From positions 28,126 through 92,125 of the forward strand of contig CAXBHB010000011.1 of NCBI GenBank assembly GCA_963975465.1: DNA of 64,000 bases, given 5' to 3'. The notes beneath the pieces are model-generated. The model was not told where the DNA came from. It was given only the letters and a program-made list of their open reading frames with translations, and ran no database searches. How positions within the stretch are numbered: position 1 is the stretch's first letter; each line of letters opens with the position of its first letter. A program made the position numbers and the translations under genes. Below, piece after piece: positions 49,967 through 60,116 of the stretch. Origin of the DNA: an uncultured Chromatiaceae bacterium. GTDB lineage: Bacteria; Pseudomonadota; Gammaproteobacteria; Enterobacterales; Alteromonadaceae.

Positions 49967-52210
49967 CTAGCGCGTTGTCGCCAAGGTTTCAGCAATTGCC
50001 GGTGGCTTTTCTAGCCAAAACGGTAATCTTCGCTGCCCCCAGCTCAGCAACTGCAGGTTATTGTCATTAAACTGAATACTAATGGCACCATAATCGGCAG
50101 TATTTAATAGCGGCACGCCAAGTAACGCCAGGCGCTGCTCTACAGCCACCGCGGGCTGCTGATAACCACTCATAAATGCTGCGGCATTGAGCGCCAGTGC
50201 AGGATTTACCTGCTGTAACATTGGCAAACTGTTTACCGCGGCAATGCCATTATTGGCCAGTAGCATGACATCAGCTGCCAACCCGGCATTGCTGGTTAAC
50301 AATGCCTGCTCTGTTGCAGAGTCAAGCAGCCCTGGCAACAACACGCGCCAGGTGCCAATCGTCAAACGCAACATGCAATTGTCGGCATTGGTAGTGCTTA
50401 GTACCTCAAGTCTGACACCCAGATAATCAGCCGGTAACTGCTGGCATGAGCTGTCACTAAGCTGCTGGCTAAACGCAGTTAAATCATGCTTGCCCGTGTT
50501 GAAACCGGTCAGCATGGCCCATTGCCGGCTGCGCTCTGTGCGCTGCTGTCGAAACAGCAAAAAATCCAGTTGTTCTATTCCCAGCTGGCGTAGCACCGGC
50601 ACTAACGGATAAGCGGCAATGTCCTGCCGTGTCTGCCCCGCTGCGGCGTAGTACAACAGGGCCTGGCGGCCATATTGCAATAATACTATCTGGCGTCGAC
50701 CGCTATCAAGCAAGTGTAATTGCCACTGGGGTGCCTGCAAGGCACTGTTGCTTAATATCAACAAACACAATGCCAGCATAATTAAACCTGCTTTGCCCCA
50801 AAACAGGCTTATAGCCGGCAACAGAATCACCAGTCCAACCATCAAAACCGCTGATGGCTGATTTAACGGCCACCAAAGTGGCAAGCTGGCACTCAGTTCA
50901 AGCCACCACAGCAGCGGTCTGAACGCAACGTCCGTTAATTGCCAGAGTCCGCTAACATCAAACCCTGCCAGGGTGAACAGCAGACTCAGTAATAACAGAG
51001 GGATCGCAACCAGACTGCACCACGGAACAAACAGCAGGTTAGACAATAACATTAGCGGGCTGAAGCCGTTAAACAGCAGGATACCCAGCAGCGTCATCAT
51101 CGCGCTTAATAGCAGGTGAAACAGCATAAACCAGCCCAAACGGGCCTGCCAACGGTATTGCGGCAGCGGAAACCGCCAAATCACTATAAAAATAATTGCC
51201 ACTGCCAGCACTGACAACCAAAAGCTGGCACTCAACGACCAGAATGGCTGGATTATCAGCAGCAATGCCACCAGCAATAACCAGAACCGGCTCAACGACA
51301 TGCGAGCCAACTGGCTGCGACAAATGACTAATATCGCCAGGGCGACGCTGGCCCGCACCGTGGGGATAGCAAAATCGGCCAACCAGGCATAACTTAAGGC
51401 GACAGCCAACGCCAGCAATAACAACAGCACTTGTTGCTGGCGAATAGCAACAATGCCCCTACTGGCGCGTCCCAACCACATGATCCAGCCAAAAACCAAG
51501 CCAATATGCAAACCGGAAATGGCCATTAAATGACCGAGCCCGGCGTGCTGCAGGCCCAACCAAAGCTCGTCGGAAAACTCTCGCTGCCCCACTGCCAGGG
51601 CGGTTAGCAATGGTGCAGTAACAAGCGGTCTGACCGCATATTCAATGCGTTCGACCAGCTTTTGACGAAGCGAAACCTCATGCCCGAGCAAAACATGAGG
51701 GCCAGGTGTAACCTGCCCGACCGCCACCCGCTGCGACATCAGTGCAGCAACCTTAGCGTTAACACCTGCCGGATTAGCATGGCCATGAACCGGCTTAACC
51801 AGAACGCCGACACGCCATTGCTGGCCCGTAGCTAAAGCAGGTGGCTGTGCCCAGCGCAGGGTTAAATTGTAGCCAGCGGCTGGCCCACTCAGTATTGTTG
51901 CATTAAGCTGGGTGTAATCAGGGTAAACCTGTGGTGGTTCAGTTATGCTTACCGTGAGCTGCGAAACGGTGGATGTTAGCAATGCTTCTGTCGCGGTTTG
52001 ATACTGCTGATAATGCCAGCTTAAGCAAGCAACAAAACAAACAGAACCCAGTAAATAATACAAGCCTTTAATGTAACGCCGAAGTATCGCCAGCCGCATA
52101 AAACACAGCAGAACTGGCAGTAATAAAAAAATACTGAAAAAGGGTGGCACTATTGGCAAAAATAACGACAATAGGCTGGCTGTAATAACCCCAAGGCAGA
52201 ATTCTAGCAT
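49967..52210 (-). CDS. comEC: DNA internalization-related competence protein ComEC/Rec2
   Basis: 747 aa, polytopic. It has a Competence-domain-like core (GLGHLMAISGLHIG) and occupies the ycaI position next to msbA. Confidence 0.85.
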   Translation of the reverse strand: MLEFCLGVITASLLSLFLPIVPPFFSIFLLLPVLLCFMRLAILRRYIKGLYYLLGSVCFVACLSWHYQQYQTATEALLTSTVSQLTVSITEPPQVYPDYTQLNATILSGPAAGYNLTLRWAQPPALATGQQWRVGVLVKPVHGHANPAGVNAKVAALMSQRVAVGQVTPGPHVLLGHEVSLRQKLVERIEYAVRPLVTAPLLTALAVGQREFSDELWLGLQHAGLGHLMAISGLHIGLVFGWIMWLGRASRGIVAIRQQQVLLLLLALAVALSYAWLADFAIPTVRASVALAILVICRSQLARMSLSRFWLLLVALLLIIQPFWSLSASFWLSVLAVAIIFIVIWRFPLPQYRWQARLGWFMLFHLLLSAMMTLLGILLFNGFSPLMLLSNLLFVPWCSLVAIPLLLLSLLFTLAGFDVSGLWQLTDVAFRPLLWWLELSASLPLWWPLNQPSAVLMVGLVILLPAISLFWGKAGLIMLALCLLILSNSALQAPQWQLHLLDSGRRQIVLLQYGRQALLYYAAAGQTRQDIAAYPLVPVLRQLGIEQLDFLLFRQQRTERSRQWAMLTGFNTGKHDLTAFSQQLSDSSCQQLPADYLGVRLEVLSTTNADNCMLRLTIGTWRVLLPGLLDSATEQALLTSNAGLAADVMLLANNGIAAVNSLPMLQQVNPALALNAAAFMSGYQQPAVAVEQRLALLGVPLLNTADYGAISIQFNDNNLQLLSWGQRRLPFWLEKPPAIAETLATTR

Positions 52211-52233
52211 GGCCTCTTTCTTTACAGGTTGAA

Positions 52234-52785
52234 ATGCCCAAGAAACTATTTAAGAAATATCTACCATCAGCTGAAAAAATCAAGCAACAAAAAATTATAA
52301 ATTTATTTGGAAGCTTGTTACACGATGGTAACTTATGGCATTTAAACCGGCGTTCGGCGCGGGGGGCATTTGCTGTGGGTTTATTCTGGGCGTGGATCCC
52401 GATGCCTTTTCAAATGCTGGCAGCCGTCGGCGTTGCCATTCCGTTGCGGGTAAACATACCGCTGACCCTGGCGCTGGTTTGGCTTTCAAACCCACTGACT
52501 ATGCCCATTATGTTTTATCTGAGTTATCTGGTTGGCACCGTGGTACTGGCCTCGCCGCTGGAACCCTTTGCGTTTGAACCGAGCCTGGAGTGGTTACGCT
52601 ATAGTTTGCATACCATTGGCAAACCTTTTTTACTGGGATCGGTGTTAATGGCAATCGCCGCCAGCATCAGCGGCTACTTTCTGATAGATTGGTTATGGCG
52701 CTTATCTGTTAAAAAAGCGCAGCTGGCAAAACTGCTGAAAAAGACCCGGCCGGGGATCCGAAATAAAGCTGATACTTCTGACTAA
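52234..52785 (+). CDS. DUF2062 membrane protein
   Basis: 183 aa reading LWHLNRRSARGAFAVGLFWAWIPMPFQMLAAV...NPLTMPIMFY. It is divergent from comEC, with only 23 bp between the start codons. Confidence 0.7.
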   Translation: MPKKLFKKYLPSAEKIKQQKIINLFGSLLHDGNLWHLNRRSARGAFAVGLFWAWIPMPFQMLAAVGVAIPLRVNIPLTLALVWLSNPLTMPIMFYLSYLVGTVVLASPLEPFAFEPSLEWLRYSLHTIGKPFLLGSVLMAIAASISGYFLIDWLWRLSVKKAQLAKLLKKTRPGIRNKADTSD

Positions 52786-52796
52786 CTCTGCTCTGA

Positions 52797-54035
52797 TTAG
52801 CGTTGGCCCAGCACGGCTGCAGGCTCCACTTTACTGGCCCGCCACGCCGGATATAGCGTGGCCAGCAGGCTTAGCAAAATAGCGATTGCAAAGGTTAAAG
52901 CGACATCCTGCCAACGCAGCACAGAGGGAATAAAATCAATAAAATAAATGCTGGGATCAAGCAACGAGCTACCCAGTAAACCGGTTAGCCAGGCAAACAA
53001 CTGTTCAATTGTGCTGGCCAGCAGTATGCCAAAACCAACACCCAGCACTGAGCCGATTAATCCGTTTAACCACCCCAGCAATACAAAGGTTTTAATCAGT
53101 TGCCCGGGGGCCATCCCCATGGTCAGCAAAATAGCAATGTCTGCTTCTTTTTCCCGCACCGCCATGACCAGCGTTGCCACAATGTTAAAGCACGCTACGG
53201 CTATGACCAGAGTCAACGCCAGATACAAAATTGTCCGCACCATTTGGATATCGTTGTAAACATGGCCCTGACTGCGTTGCCAGTCCAGCATATAGACGTA
53301 ATCTTCAGAATGCCGGCCTAACTCTCTGGCAAGTTGTGGAGCGGCGTATATATCATCGATGCGAAAGGCCAGGCCATGCACTTCGTTTTCCGGCAAGCCG
53401 AGCCAGCCCGCCAAAGCCGTTAAGTCAACCCACACCTGTGTGTAATCCAGCTGCCCGCCAAGCGATACAACTGCACTGACCGTTAAGCTGACAGTTTGCT
53501 GACTGGCCAGGCTACCATCAGCAGCAAAGCGCGGTAACATCAGCTGCACATTCTGACCGATACTGACATTCAGTGCCTCGGCGATACCCTGCCCCAGCAC
53601 TATCTGGTTATCCGCTAGCGCCGCCATACTACCGCTACTTACGTAGCTGGCAACAGCACTGATCTGCTTTTCATCCGCCAGACTAACCCCTCTGACTTGC
53701 GCCGCTTTTACCGCATTACTATGGCGCAGCATACCGTTAGCTTTAATAAAAGGCGCGCCTGCCTTAACACCGGCAATGCCTGCAAAGGTTTCCACTTTGC
53801 GGGGCCAGTCGGCTAAAGTGTAATCGACAGCCTCAAGTTCAATATGCGGGATAACCGACAGCAAACGTTGTTCCAGCGCTTGCTCAAAACCGTTCATTAC
53901 CGATAACGCCAGAATAAGAATGGCAACCCCCAGCGCAATACCTGTGGTAGACGATGCCGAAATAAAGCGGATAAACCCGCTGGTATGCCGGGTAGAGCGA
54001 TACCGTTTTGCCAGTTGCCAGGCCAGACTAGCCAT
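52797..54035 (-). CDS. lolE: lipoprotein-releasing system permease LolE
   Basis: 412 aa with a MacB-like FtsX fold. The N-terminus reads ...[30 protein letters not shown]. It is the last gene of lolCDE. Confidence 0.9.
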   Translation of the reverse strand: MASLAWQLAKRYRSTRHTSGFIRFISASSTTGIALGVAILILALSVMNGFEQALEQRLLSVIPHIELEAVDYTLADWPRKVETFAGIAGVKAGAPFIKANGMLRHSNAVKAAQVRGVSLADEKQISAVASYVSSGSMAALADNQIVLGQGIAEALNVSIGQNVQLMLPRFAADGSLASQQTVSLTVSAVVSLGGQLDYTQVWVDLTALAGWLGLPENEVHGLAFRIDDIYAAPQLARELGRHSEDYVYMLDWQRSQGHVYNDIQMVRTILYLALTLVIAVACFNIVATLVMAVREKEADIAILLTMGMAPGQLIKTFVLLGWLNGLIGSVLGVGFGILLASTIEQLFAWLTGLLGSSLLDPSIYFIDFIPSVLRWQDVALTFAIAILLSLLATLYPAWRASKVEPAAVLGQR

Positions 54036-54711
54036 GCATCACCCCAAGCTGACCTTCTTGCATCAGATACTGGGTATCCAGCTTGCCCGCCAGCTCGGTA
54101 TCATGGGTTACCACCACAAAACTGGTCGCCGTACTGGCGTTCAGTTCTCTTAACAGCTGATAAATCGACTCGGCTGTATGCTGGTCTAAATTACCGGTAG
54201 GCTCATCGGCCAGTACCAGTGCAGGTTGGGTCACCAGCGCGCGGGCAATGGCAACACGCTGTCGCTCACCACCACTTAACTCTGCAGGTTTATGGTGACC
54301 GCGATGACTAAGGCCAACCCGTTCAATTATGGCACCAGCCTGCGCCAGTGCCTGTGTTCTGTTGTCGCCGCGAATAAGCAGCGGCATCGCCACATTTTCC
54401 AGCGCAGAAAAATCCATCAACAGGTGGTGAAACTGATAAATAAAACCAAGTTTCTGATTGCGTAAAAGGGCTTTTTTGGTTGAGCTTAACCCTGCCAGCG
54501 ACTGGCCGGCAATATCTACCGAACCACTGTCAGCCATATCCAGCGCACCTAAAATGTGTAGCAAGGTACTTTTACCAGAGCCTGAGCTACCGACTATCGC
54601 AACCATCTCCCCGGCCGCCACGGTCAGACTGACATTATGCAGCACCCGGGTTACCGCACTGCCGTCCCGATAGCTTTTACAAATTTCTTTCGCTTCCAGT
54701 ACTTTATTCAT
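54028..54711 (-). CDS. lolD: lipoprotein-releasing system ATPase LolD
   Basis: 227 aa with Walker [10 protein letters not shown], the signature LSGGERQR and Walker [13 protein letters not shown]. Confidence 0.95.
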   Translation of the reverse strand: MNKVLEAKEICKSYRDGSAVTRVLHNVSLTVAAGEMVAIVGSSGSGKSTLLHILGALDMADSGSVDIAGQSLAGLSSTKKALLRNQKLGFIYQFHHLLMDFSALENVAMPLLIRGDNRTQALAQAGAIIERVGLSHRGHHKPAELSGGERQRVAIARALVTQPALVLADEPTGNLDQHTAESIYQLLRELNASTATSFVVVTHDTELAGKLDTQYLMQEGQLGVMHG

Positions 54712-55903
54712 CGCGTAATATTTCCGCAGGATTAACTTTTACAGCCCGCCAGGCCGGATACAGCACTGCCAGCAGGGTCAACCCTACTGCACAGGCAAAA
54801 ATAGTGATAATTTGCAGCGGATTCACTGCCACAGGCAATGCCATGCCACTGGCCATTTGCATACCAAACACGCTGAGCACCTCATTAAGTTGCAGACACA
54901 GCAACAAACCGGCGATAACCCCAAGCAGCGCCCCGGTAACACCATTTACCACGCCCTGAAACGCAAAAACGGTAAACAGTTGCCGGTCGGTCATCCCCAG
55001 GGTTTTTAAGATGGCTACCTCAGCTTGTTTTTCTGTCACCATCATGACCAGCGCTGACACTATGTTAAAAGCCGCAACGGCGACAATTAACAGCAACATC
55101 AGCCACATCATGGTTTTTTCCATTGCCACGGCGGCAAACAGTTTACCCTGACTTTCCCGCCAGTCGGTCACCGTGCTGAATAATCCGGTTTGGGTCAGGC
55201 GTGAGGCGAGTAGCGGCGCACTAAACGGCTCTGCCAGGTTCAGTCGCCAAGCCGGTTCACGGTTTTCTGCTGGCAATAGCCTGGCTAGATCGGCCAACCG
55301 GGTAACCGCCAGCATACTGTCAACTTCAGAGCCGGTATCGACAATACCAACCACTTCAAACAAGCGTTGTCTGGGTAGCCAACCCACCGGGGTATAACTG
55401 CCGCCCTGCGCCAGCATAAAACGTAACTGCTGACCGCGGCTGACTTCAAGCTGCTCTGCCAGTGCCCGGCCCAGCACCACGCCATAGCGGGTGTCGGCAA
55501 AAGCCTGCCAACTGCCTGTTACCATAGCCTGTTGCAAAAACTGCGGAAGTTGGTCACTCTGAATGCCTTGCAGCATTACGGCATTTAACTGACGCGGTGC
55601 CTGCACCAGCGCTTCGGTTTGCAGAAATGGACTGACGTCCTGTACCCGGTCGGCGGTGTTCAACTCTGCCTGCCAACTGCTGCCTGTTTGCAGTGGCTGC
55701 ACCACCACATGCGGAATAACGCCTAAAATGCGCTTTTTAAGCTCCCCTTCAAAACCGTTCATGACCGAACTGACCAGCGTTAATGCCATGACACCCAGCA
55801 AAATGCCGGCAACCGAAAAAAAAGTAATAAACGAGATAAAAGCATTACCTTTGCGGCTTTGGCTGTAACGTAAACCAAGCAATATGCTGACGGGGAGTTG
55901 TAT
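54704..55903 (-). CDS. lolC: lipoprotein-releasing system permease LolC (start uncertain: ATA at 55901-55903 or TTG at 55880-55882)
   Basis: The ORF track starts at TTG 55882 (MLGLRYSQ...). The in-frame upstream codons read I-Q-L-P-V-S-I-, completing the conserved LolC N-terminus (E. coli MYQPVALFIGLRY, from memory). Starting at the ATA gives 399 codons. Confidence 0.8.
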   Translation of the reverse strand: MQLPVSILLGLRYSQSRKGNAFISFITFFSVAGILLGVMALTLVSSVMNGFEGELKKRILGVIPHVVVQPLQTGSSWQAELNTADRVQDVSPFLQTEALVQAPRQLNAVMLQGIQSDQLPQFLQQAMVTGSWQAFADTRYGVVLGRALAEQLEVSRGQQLRFMLAQGGSYTPVGWLPRQRLFEVVGIVDTGSEVDSMLAVTRLADLARLLPAENREPAWRLNLAEPFSAPLLASRLTQTGLFSTVTDWRESQGKLFAAVAMEKTMMWLMLLLIVAVAAFNIVSALVMMVTEKQAEVAILKTLGMTDRQLFTVFAFQGVVNGVTGALLGVIAGLLLCLQLNEVLSVFGMQMASGMALPVAVNPLQIITIFACAVGLTLLAVLYPAWRAVKVNPAEILRDE

Positions 55904-55968
55904 GTTAATTTTCAGGACTTTGCCTCGGTTAAATGGTAAATTAGCTGCAAAAATCGCTGCTGATAATA

Positions 55969-56604
55969 GTGATTATTAGCCTCAATGACAAGCAACCTGA
56001 ACCGGGGCCTGCTATGGATCCACTTTTACAGTCACTTACCGACGCTTATCATGACTACTTTAGCGTCGAGCATGAAATTACAGTCAACTGCAAACCACTG
56101 GCAGGCACTTTGCCGTCAGAACAAGACTTTATTGCCAGTATTCCGGAACCATTCCTGCTGGCCGGTGAAATGGGCTCACTTAACATGTCGGCGTTACGTT
56201 CTTTGAACCGGATTGGTGAACTGGCTGATGAATTGGCAAATTACTTACAACAACAAGCCCGTAAAATCGATTTGTTGCTGCATTACGTATTACGGCAACA
56301 GGACAGCAGCGAGCATCGTCAGCTTACGTTAAGCTATGGTGGTGCAGGTTTATGCTGGCAAAGCCAGCATCCGCTCGACTTATTGTCACTGGTTGAATTA
56401 AAAGTGTTTCTGGCCGATAACGAAGGCGCCATCTATTGTCTGGCTCAGGTGATCAGCAGCGAGCAAATTGGTGATGGCTGGCAAATAAAAGTTGTGTTTC
56501 GGCGCATTAGAGACCAAGATCGCGAACTGATTGTCCGGTCCAGCCTGCATCAACAGTCGCGGCAGTTAAAACACAAAGCCGCCCAGCGTCAATTACCGGA
56601 ATAG
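55969..56604 (+). CDS. PilZ-like domain protein with degenerate c-di-GMP motifs (PlzB-position homolog)
   Basis: 211 aa. The C-terminal half has a PilZ-like barrel pattern with ..LRQQDSSEHRQLTLSYGGAGL.., where the RxxxR and D/NxSxxG motifs are imperfect. It lies between lolC and mfd. The start may instead be ATG 56014. Confidence 0.55.
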   Translation: MIISLNDKQPEPGPAMDPLLQSLTDAYHDYFSVEHEITVNCKPLAGTLPSEQDFIASIPEPFLLAGEMGSLNMSALRSLNRIGELADELANYLQQQARKIDLLLHYVLRQQDSSEHRQLTLSYGGAGLCWQSQHPLDLLSLVELKVFLADNEGAIYCLAQVISSEQIGDGWQIKVVFRRIRDQDRELIVRSSLHQQSRQLKHKAAQRQLPE

Positions 56605-56636
56605 CTGAAGTATTTTGTAAAGGGTTTTAGGTTTTA

Positions 56637-59600
56637 ATGAGTTTTATCAAGTCGTTACCCCGAATTAAGCGCCCACAGGACCAACTTGCCTGGGGCCAGC
56701 TGCATGGCGCTGCTTTGCCCTGCGCCATTGCAGACTTACTTAGCGCAGAACCGGCCGTATATTTGCTGGTAGTACCGGATACGCCAAGTGCCCTGCGGCT
56801 GGAGCAGGAATTAGCGGTGTTTATCCCCCACTCGGTTTGCCCGGTACTGACCCTGCCGGATTGGGAAACGCTGCCGTATGATGTGTTTTCGCCGCATCAG
56901 GACATTATTTCCCAACGACTGAAAACGCTGCATCAACTGCCCAGGTTACAACGAGCGCTGGTGATTGTACCTGTCAGCACCCTGCTTCTCAAAATCAGTC
57001 ATCGTACCTATCTGGAGCAGGTCAGTTTTTTAATTAAACAAGGTCAGCAGGTCGATTTAACAGCATTAAAGTTGCAGCTGACCGCTGTCGGCTACCGGGC
57101 AGTAGACCAGGTGATGGAGCATGGTGAATTTTCGGCCCGTGGGTCATTACTTGATCTGTTCCCAATGGGCAGCAACCATCCGTACCGCATCGATTTTTTT
57201 GACAATGAAGTAGACGGTATCCGGACATTTGATCCTGATAATCAGCGCAGTTTAGATAAAATTTCAGCCATAGAACTGCTGCCTGCTCATGAATTCCCGA
57301 CCGATAAAGCTGCCATTGAACGTTTTCGTCAGCGTTACCGGGAACGCTTTGCCGCCCGCAATGAGAAAGAGTCTCTGTACCAACAGGTGAGCCAGGGAAT
57401 TTTGCCCGCCGGCATTGAGTATTATTTACCGCTGTTCAGCGAACAAACGGCAAGTCTGTTCAGTTACTTACCGCCAGACTGTGTTGCCTTAACCTATGGC
57501 GATGTCGAACACAGTGCCAATCAATTCTGGCTGGAGCTGAAGCGCCGTTACCACGACCGGGCTATCGATACGTTGCGCCCAATCCTGGAGCCGCAAGAAT
57601 TATATCTGCAAACCGATGAGCTGTTCAGCCAGCTGAATGCCTTCAGCCGGATCAAACTTAGTCGCGCCACCTTGCCTGCTAAAGCTGGCCAGGCCAATGC
57701 CCTGGTGTCAGAGCTGCCAGAGCTTAACATTCAGCATCAACTGAAACAGCCCTTAACCTTACTCAGCGCGTTTTTACTGCAATTAAAACAACAAAATGGC
57801 CGCGCGGTGTTTTTTGTAGAAAGCGAAGGCCGGCGCGAAAGCCTGCATCAGCTGTTTAGCAAAGCCGGCATCCGGGCGCCCGAAGTTGCCAGTCTGGCCG
57901 ACTTTGCCACGTCGAACGCTGATCTGGTGATACTGGTTGGCGCTCTGGAACAAGGGGCGTTAATTAACAGCACACCGGCGCTGGCGCTAATTAGTGAAAA
58001 TGAATTATTCGGTCAGAAAATAAGCCAGCGGCGGCGGCGCAAAAAAAGCCAGCAAATTTCCTCTGATACCATAATCCGCAACCTGGCCGAACTGAGCGAA
58101 GGTCAGCCGGTGGTGCATTTACAACATGGCGTTGGTCGCTATCAGGGGCTGCAGGTGCTTGATGCAGCAGGGATCAGCGCTGAGTTTGTTACCATTGAAT
58201 ATGCAGGTAGCAGCAAGTTGTATGTACCGGTGTCGTCATTGCATTTACTCAGCCGCTACTCCGGCAGCGACAAAGATCATGCGCCACTGCATAAACTTGG
58301 CAATGACAGTTGGGAAAAAGCCCGGCGCAAAGCCGCCGAGAAAATCCGCGATGTGGCGGCAGAGCTGCTGGATGTCTACGCTCAGCGTGCTGCGCATCAG
58401 GGCTATGCATTTGCGTTAGATCAGGAACAATATGCAGTATTTACTGATAGCTTTCCGTTTGAAGAAACTGCCGATCAGCAAGATGCTATCAGCGCCGTTT
58501 TAAATGATATGCAAACCCCACAGCCGATGGACCGGTTGGTGTGCGGTGACGTTGGCTTTGGAAAAACAGAAGTCGCCATGCGTGCGGCCTTTGTGGCGGT
58601 TAACGATGGCAAGCAAGTCGCTATTCTGGTGCCAACCACACTGCTGGCACAACAACATTTTGAAAACTTTAAAGACCGCTTTGCCAACTGGCCGGTACGG
58701 GTCGAAGTATTGTCTCGTTTTATCAGCCAGAAACAGCAAAAAGCGATTCTGGAAGATGTCGCCAATGGCAAAGTTGATATTCTGATCGGAACCCACAAGT
58801 TATTACAAGACGACATCAAACTGCATGACTTAGGGCTACTGATTGTCGATGAAGAACACCGTTTTGGCGTGCGCCAGAAAGAGAAAATTAAAGCGCTGCG
58901 CGCCAATATCGATATTTTAACCCTGACCGCTACCCCTATTCCCCGCACCCTAAATATGTCGATGTCGGGCATGCGGGACTTGTCTATTATTGCCACCCCG
59001 CCTTCCCGGCGGCTGGCGGTAAAAACCTTTGTCCGTGAATTTGAGGCCGGCTTACTGCGTGAAGCTGTCATGCGGGAGATTCTGCGGGGTGGCCAGGTGT
59101 ACTTTTTACATAATGATGTGGCCAGTATTGAAAAAATGGCCAGTAACCTGGCAGAGCTGGTGCCCGAAGCAAATATTGCAATTGCCCATGGTCAACTGCG
59201 TGAGCGTGACTTAGAACGGATAATGGCAGACTTTTACCACCAGCGTTTCAACTTATTGCTGTGCTCTACCATCATTGAAACCGGCATCGATGTCCCGACA
59301 GCAAATACCATTATTATTAACCGTGCTGATAATTTTGGTCTGGCGCAGTTGCATCAGTTGCGGGGCCGCGTTGGCCGCTCCCACCATCAGGCTTATGCTT
59401 ACTTGTTAACTCCACCGCCCAAACGGCTGACAAAAGACGCCGAAAAACGGCTGGAGGCCATTTCGTCACTGGAAGATCTCGGCGCGGGTTTTGCGCTTGC
59501 CACCCACGATTTAGAAATCCGGGGCGCCGGTGAGTTATTAGGGGATGAGCAAAGCGGCCAGATTGAAACTATCGGTTTTACCTTATACATGGACATGCTG

Positions 59601-60116
59601 GATGAAGCCGTTACCGCACTTAAGGCGGGCCGGCAGCCCAGCCTGGATATGCTGCTTAGCCAGCAAAGTGAAATTGATTTAAAAATTCCGGCATTGCTGC
59701 CCGACAGTTATATTCCGGATGTAAACTTACGTTTATCATTTTATAAAAAGCTGGCCAGTGCCAAAGATGAAAGTGAACTGGATGATGTACAGGTTGAATT
59801 AATAGACCGATTTGGTTTGCTGCCAGATGCGGCTAAAAACCTGGTTAAAGTCACGGAGTTTAAGCAACTGGCACAGCAACTTGGTATTAAGCGCATTGAA
59901 GCCAATGCTAAAGGCGGCTTAATCGATTTTGCCGAAAAAACCCGGGTGGCACCGGGCTATATTATTAAGCTTATTCAACAGCAAAGCCGGATATTTAAAC
60001 TGGAGGGTGGCCAGAAACTGCGCTTTAGCATCGCCAGCCCCGACGCCAAAGACCGGCTGCAACTCATCGCCAATATGTTAGCTGAATTCAGTCAGCATTC
60101 GCTGGAGAAATCATGA
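56637..60116 (+). CDS. mfd: transcription-repair coupling factor
   Basis: 1159 aa. It has a UvrB-homology N-terminus and a CarD/RID domain. The SF2 translocase motifs are GDVGFGKTEVA, DEEHRFG and QLHQLRGRVGRS, followed by TRG and C-terminal D7 regions. Confidence 0.97.
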   Translation: MSFIKSLPRIKRPQDQLAWGQLHGAALPCAIADLLSAEPAVYLLVVPDTPSALRLEQELAVFIPHSVCPVLTLPDWETLPYDVFSPHQDIISQRLKTLHQLPRLQRALVIVPVSTLLLKISHRTYLEQVSFLIKQGQQVDLTALKLQLTAVGYRAVDQVMEHGEFSARGSLLDLFPMGSNHPYRIDFFDNEVDGIRTFDPDNQRSLDKISAIELLPAHEFPTDKAAIERFRQRYRERFAARNEKESLYQQVSQGILPAGIEYYLPLFSEQTASLFSYLPPDCVALTYGDVEHSANQFWLELKRRYHDRAIDTLRPILEPQELYLQTDELFSQLNAFSRIKLSRATLPAKAGQANALVSELPELNIQHQLKQPLTLLSAFLLQLKQQNGRAVFFVESEGRRESLHQLFSKAGIRAPEVASLADFATSNADLVILVGALEQGALINSTPALALISENELFGQKISQRRRRKKSQQISSDTIIRNLAELSEGQPVVHLQHGVGRYQGLQVLDAAGISAEFVTIEYAGSSKLYVPVSSLHLLSRYSGSDKDHAPLHKLGNDSWEKARRKAAEKIRDVAAELLDVYAQRAAHQGYAFALDQEQYAVFTDSFPFEETADQQDAISAVLNDMQTPQPMDRLVCGDVGFGKTEVAMRAAFVAVNDGKQVAILVPTTLLAQQHFENFKDRFANWPVRVEVLSRFISQKQQKAILEDVANGKVDILIGTHKLLQDDIKLHDLGLLIVDEEHRFGVRQKEKIKALRANIDILTLTATPIPRTLNMSMSGMRDLSIIATPPSRRLAVKTFVREFEAGLLREAVMREILRGGQVYFLHNDVASIEKMASNLAELVPEANIAIAHGQLRERDLERIMADFYHQRFNLLLCSTIIETGIDVPTANTIIINRADNFGLAQLHQLRGRVGRSHHQAYAYLLTPPPKRLTKDAEKRLEAISSLEDLGAGFALATHDLEIRGAGELLGDEQSGQIETIGFTLYMDMLDEAVTALKAGRQPSLDMLLSQQSEIDLKIPALLPDSYIPDVNLRLSFYKKLASAKDESELDDVQVELIDRFGLLPDAAKNLVKVTEFKQLAQQLGIKRIEANAKGGLIDFAEKTRVAPGYIIKLIQQQSRIFKLEGGQKLRFSIASPDAKDRLQLIANMLAEFSQHSLEKS

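Noticed and set aside
58475-59071. A 198-aa antisense ORF, plus two roughly 95-aa ORFs, inside mfd.
   Set aside because: They fall within the most conserved helicase part of mfd. Their translations are Ser/Arg/Cys-rich, as is typical of antisense frames. There is no Shine-Dalgarno or promoter context.
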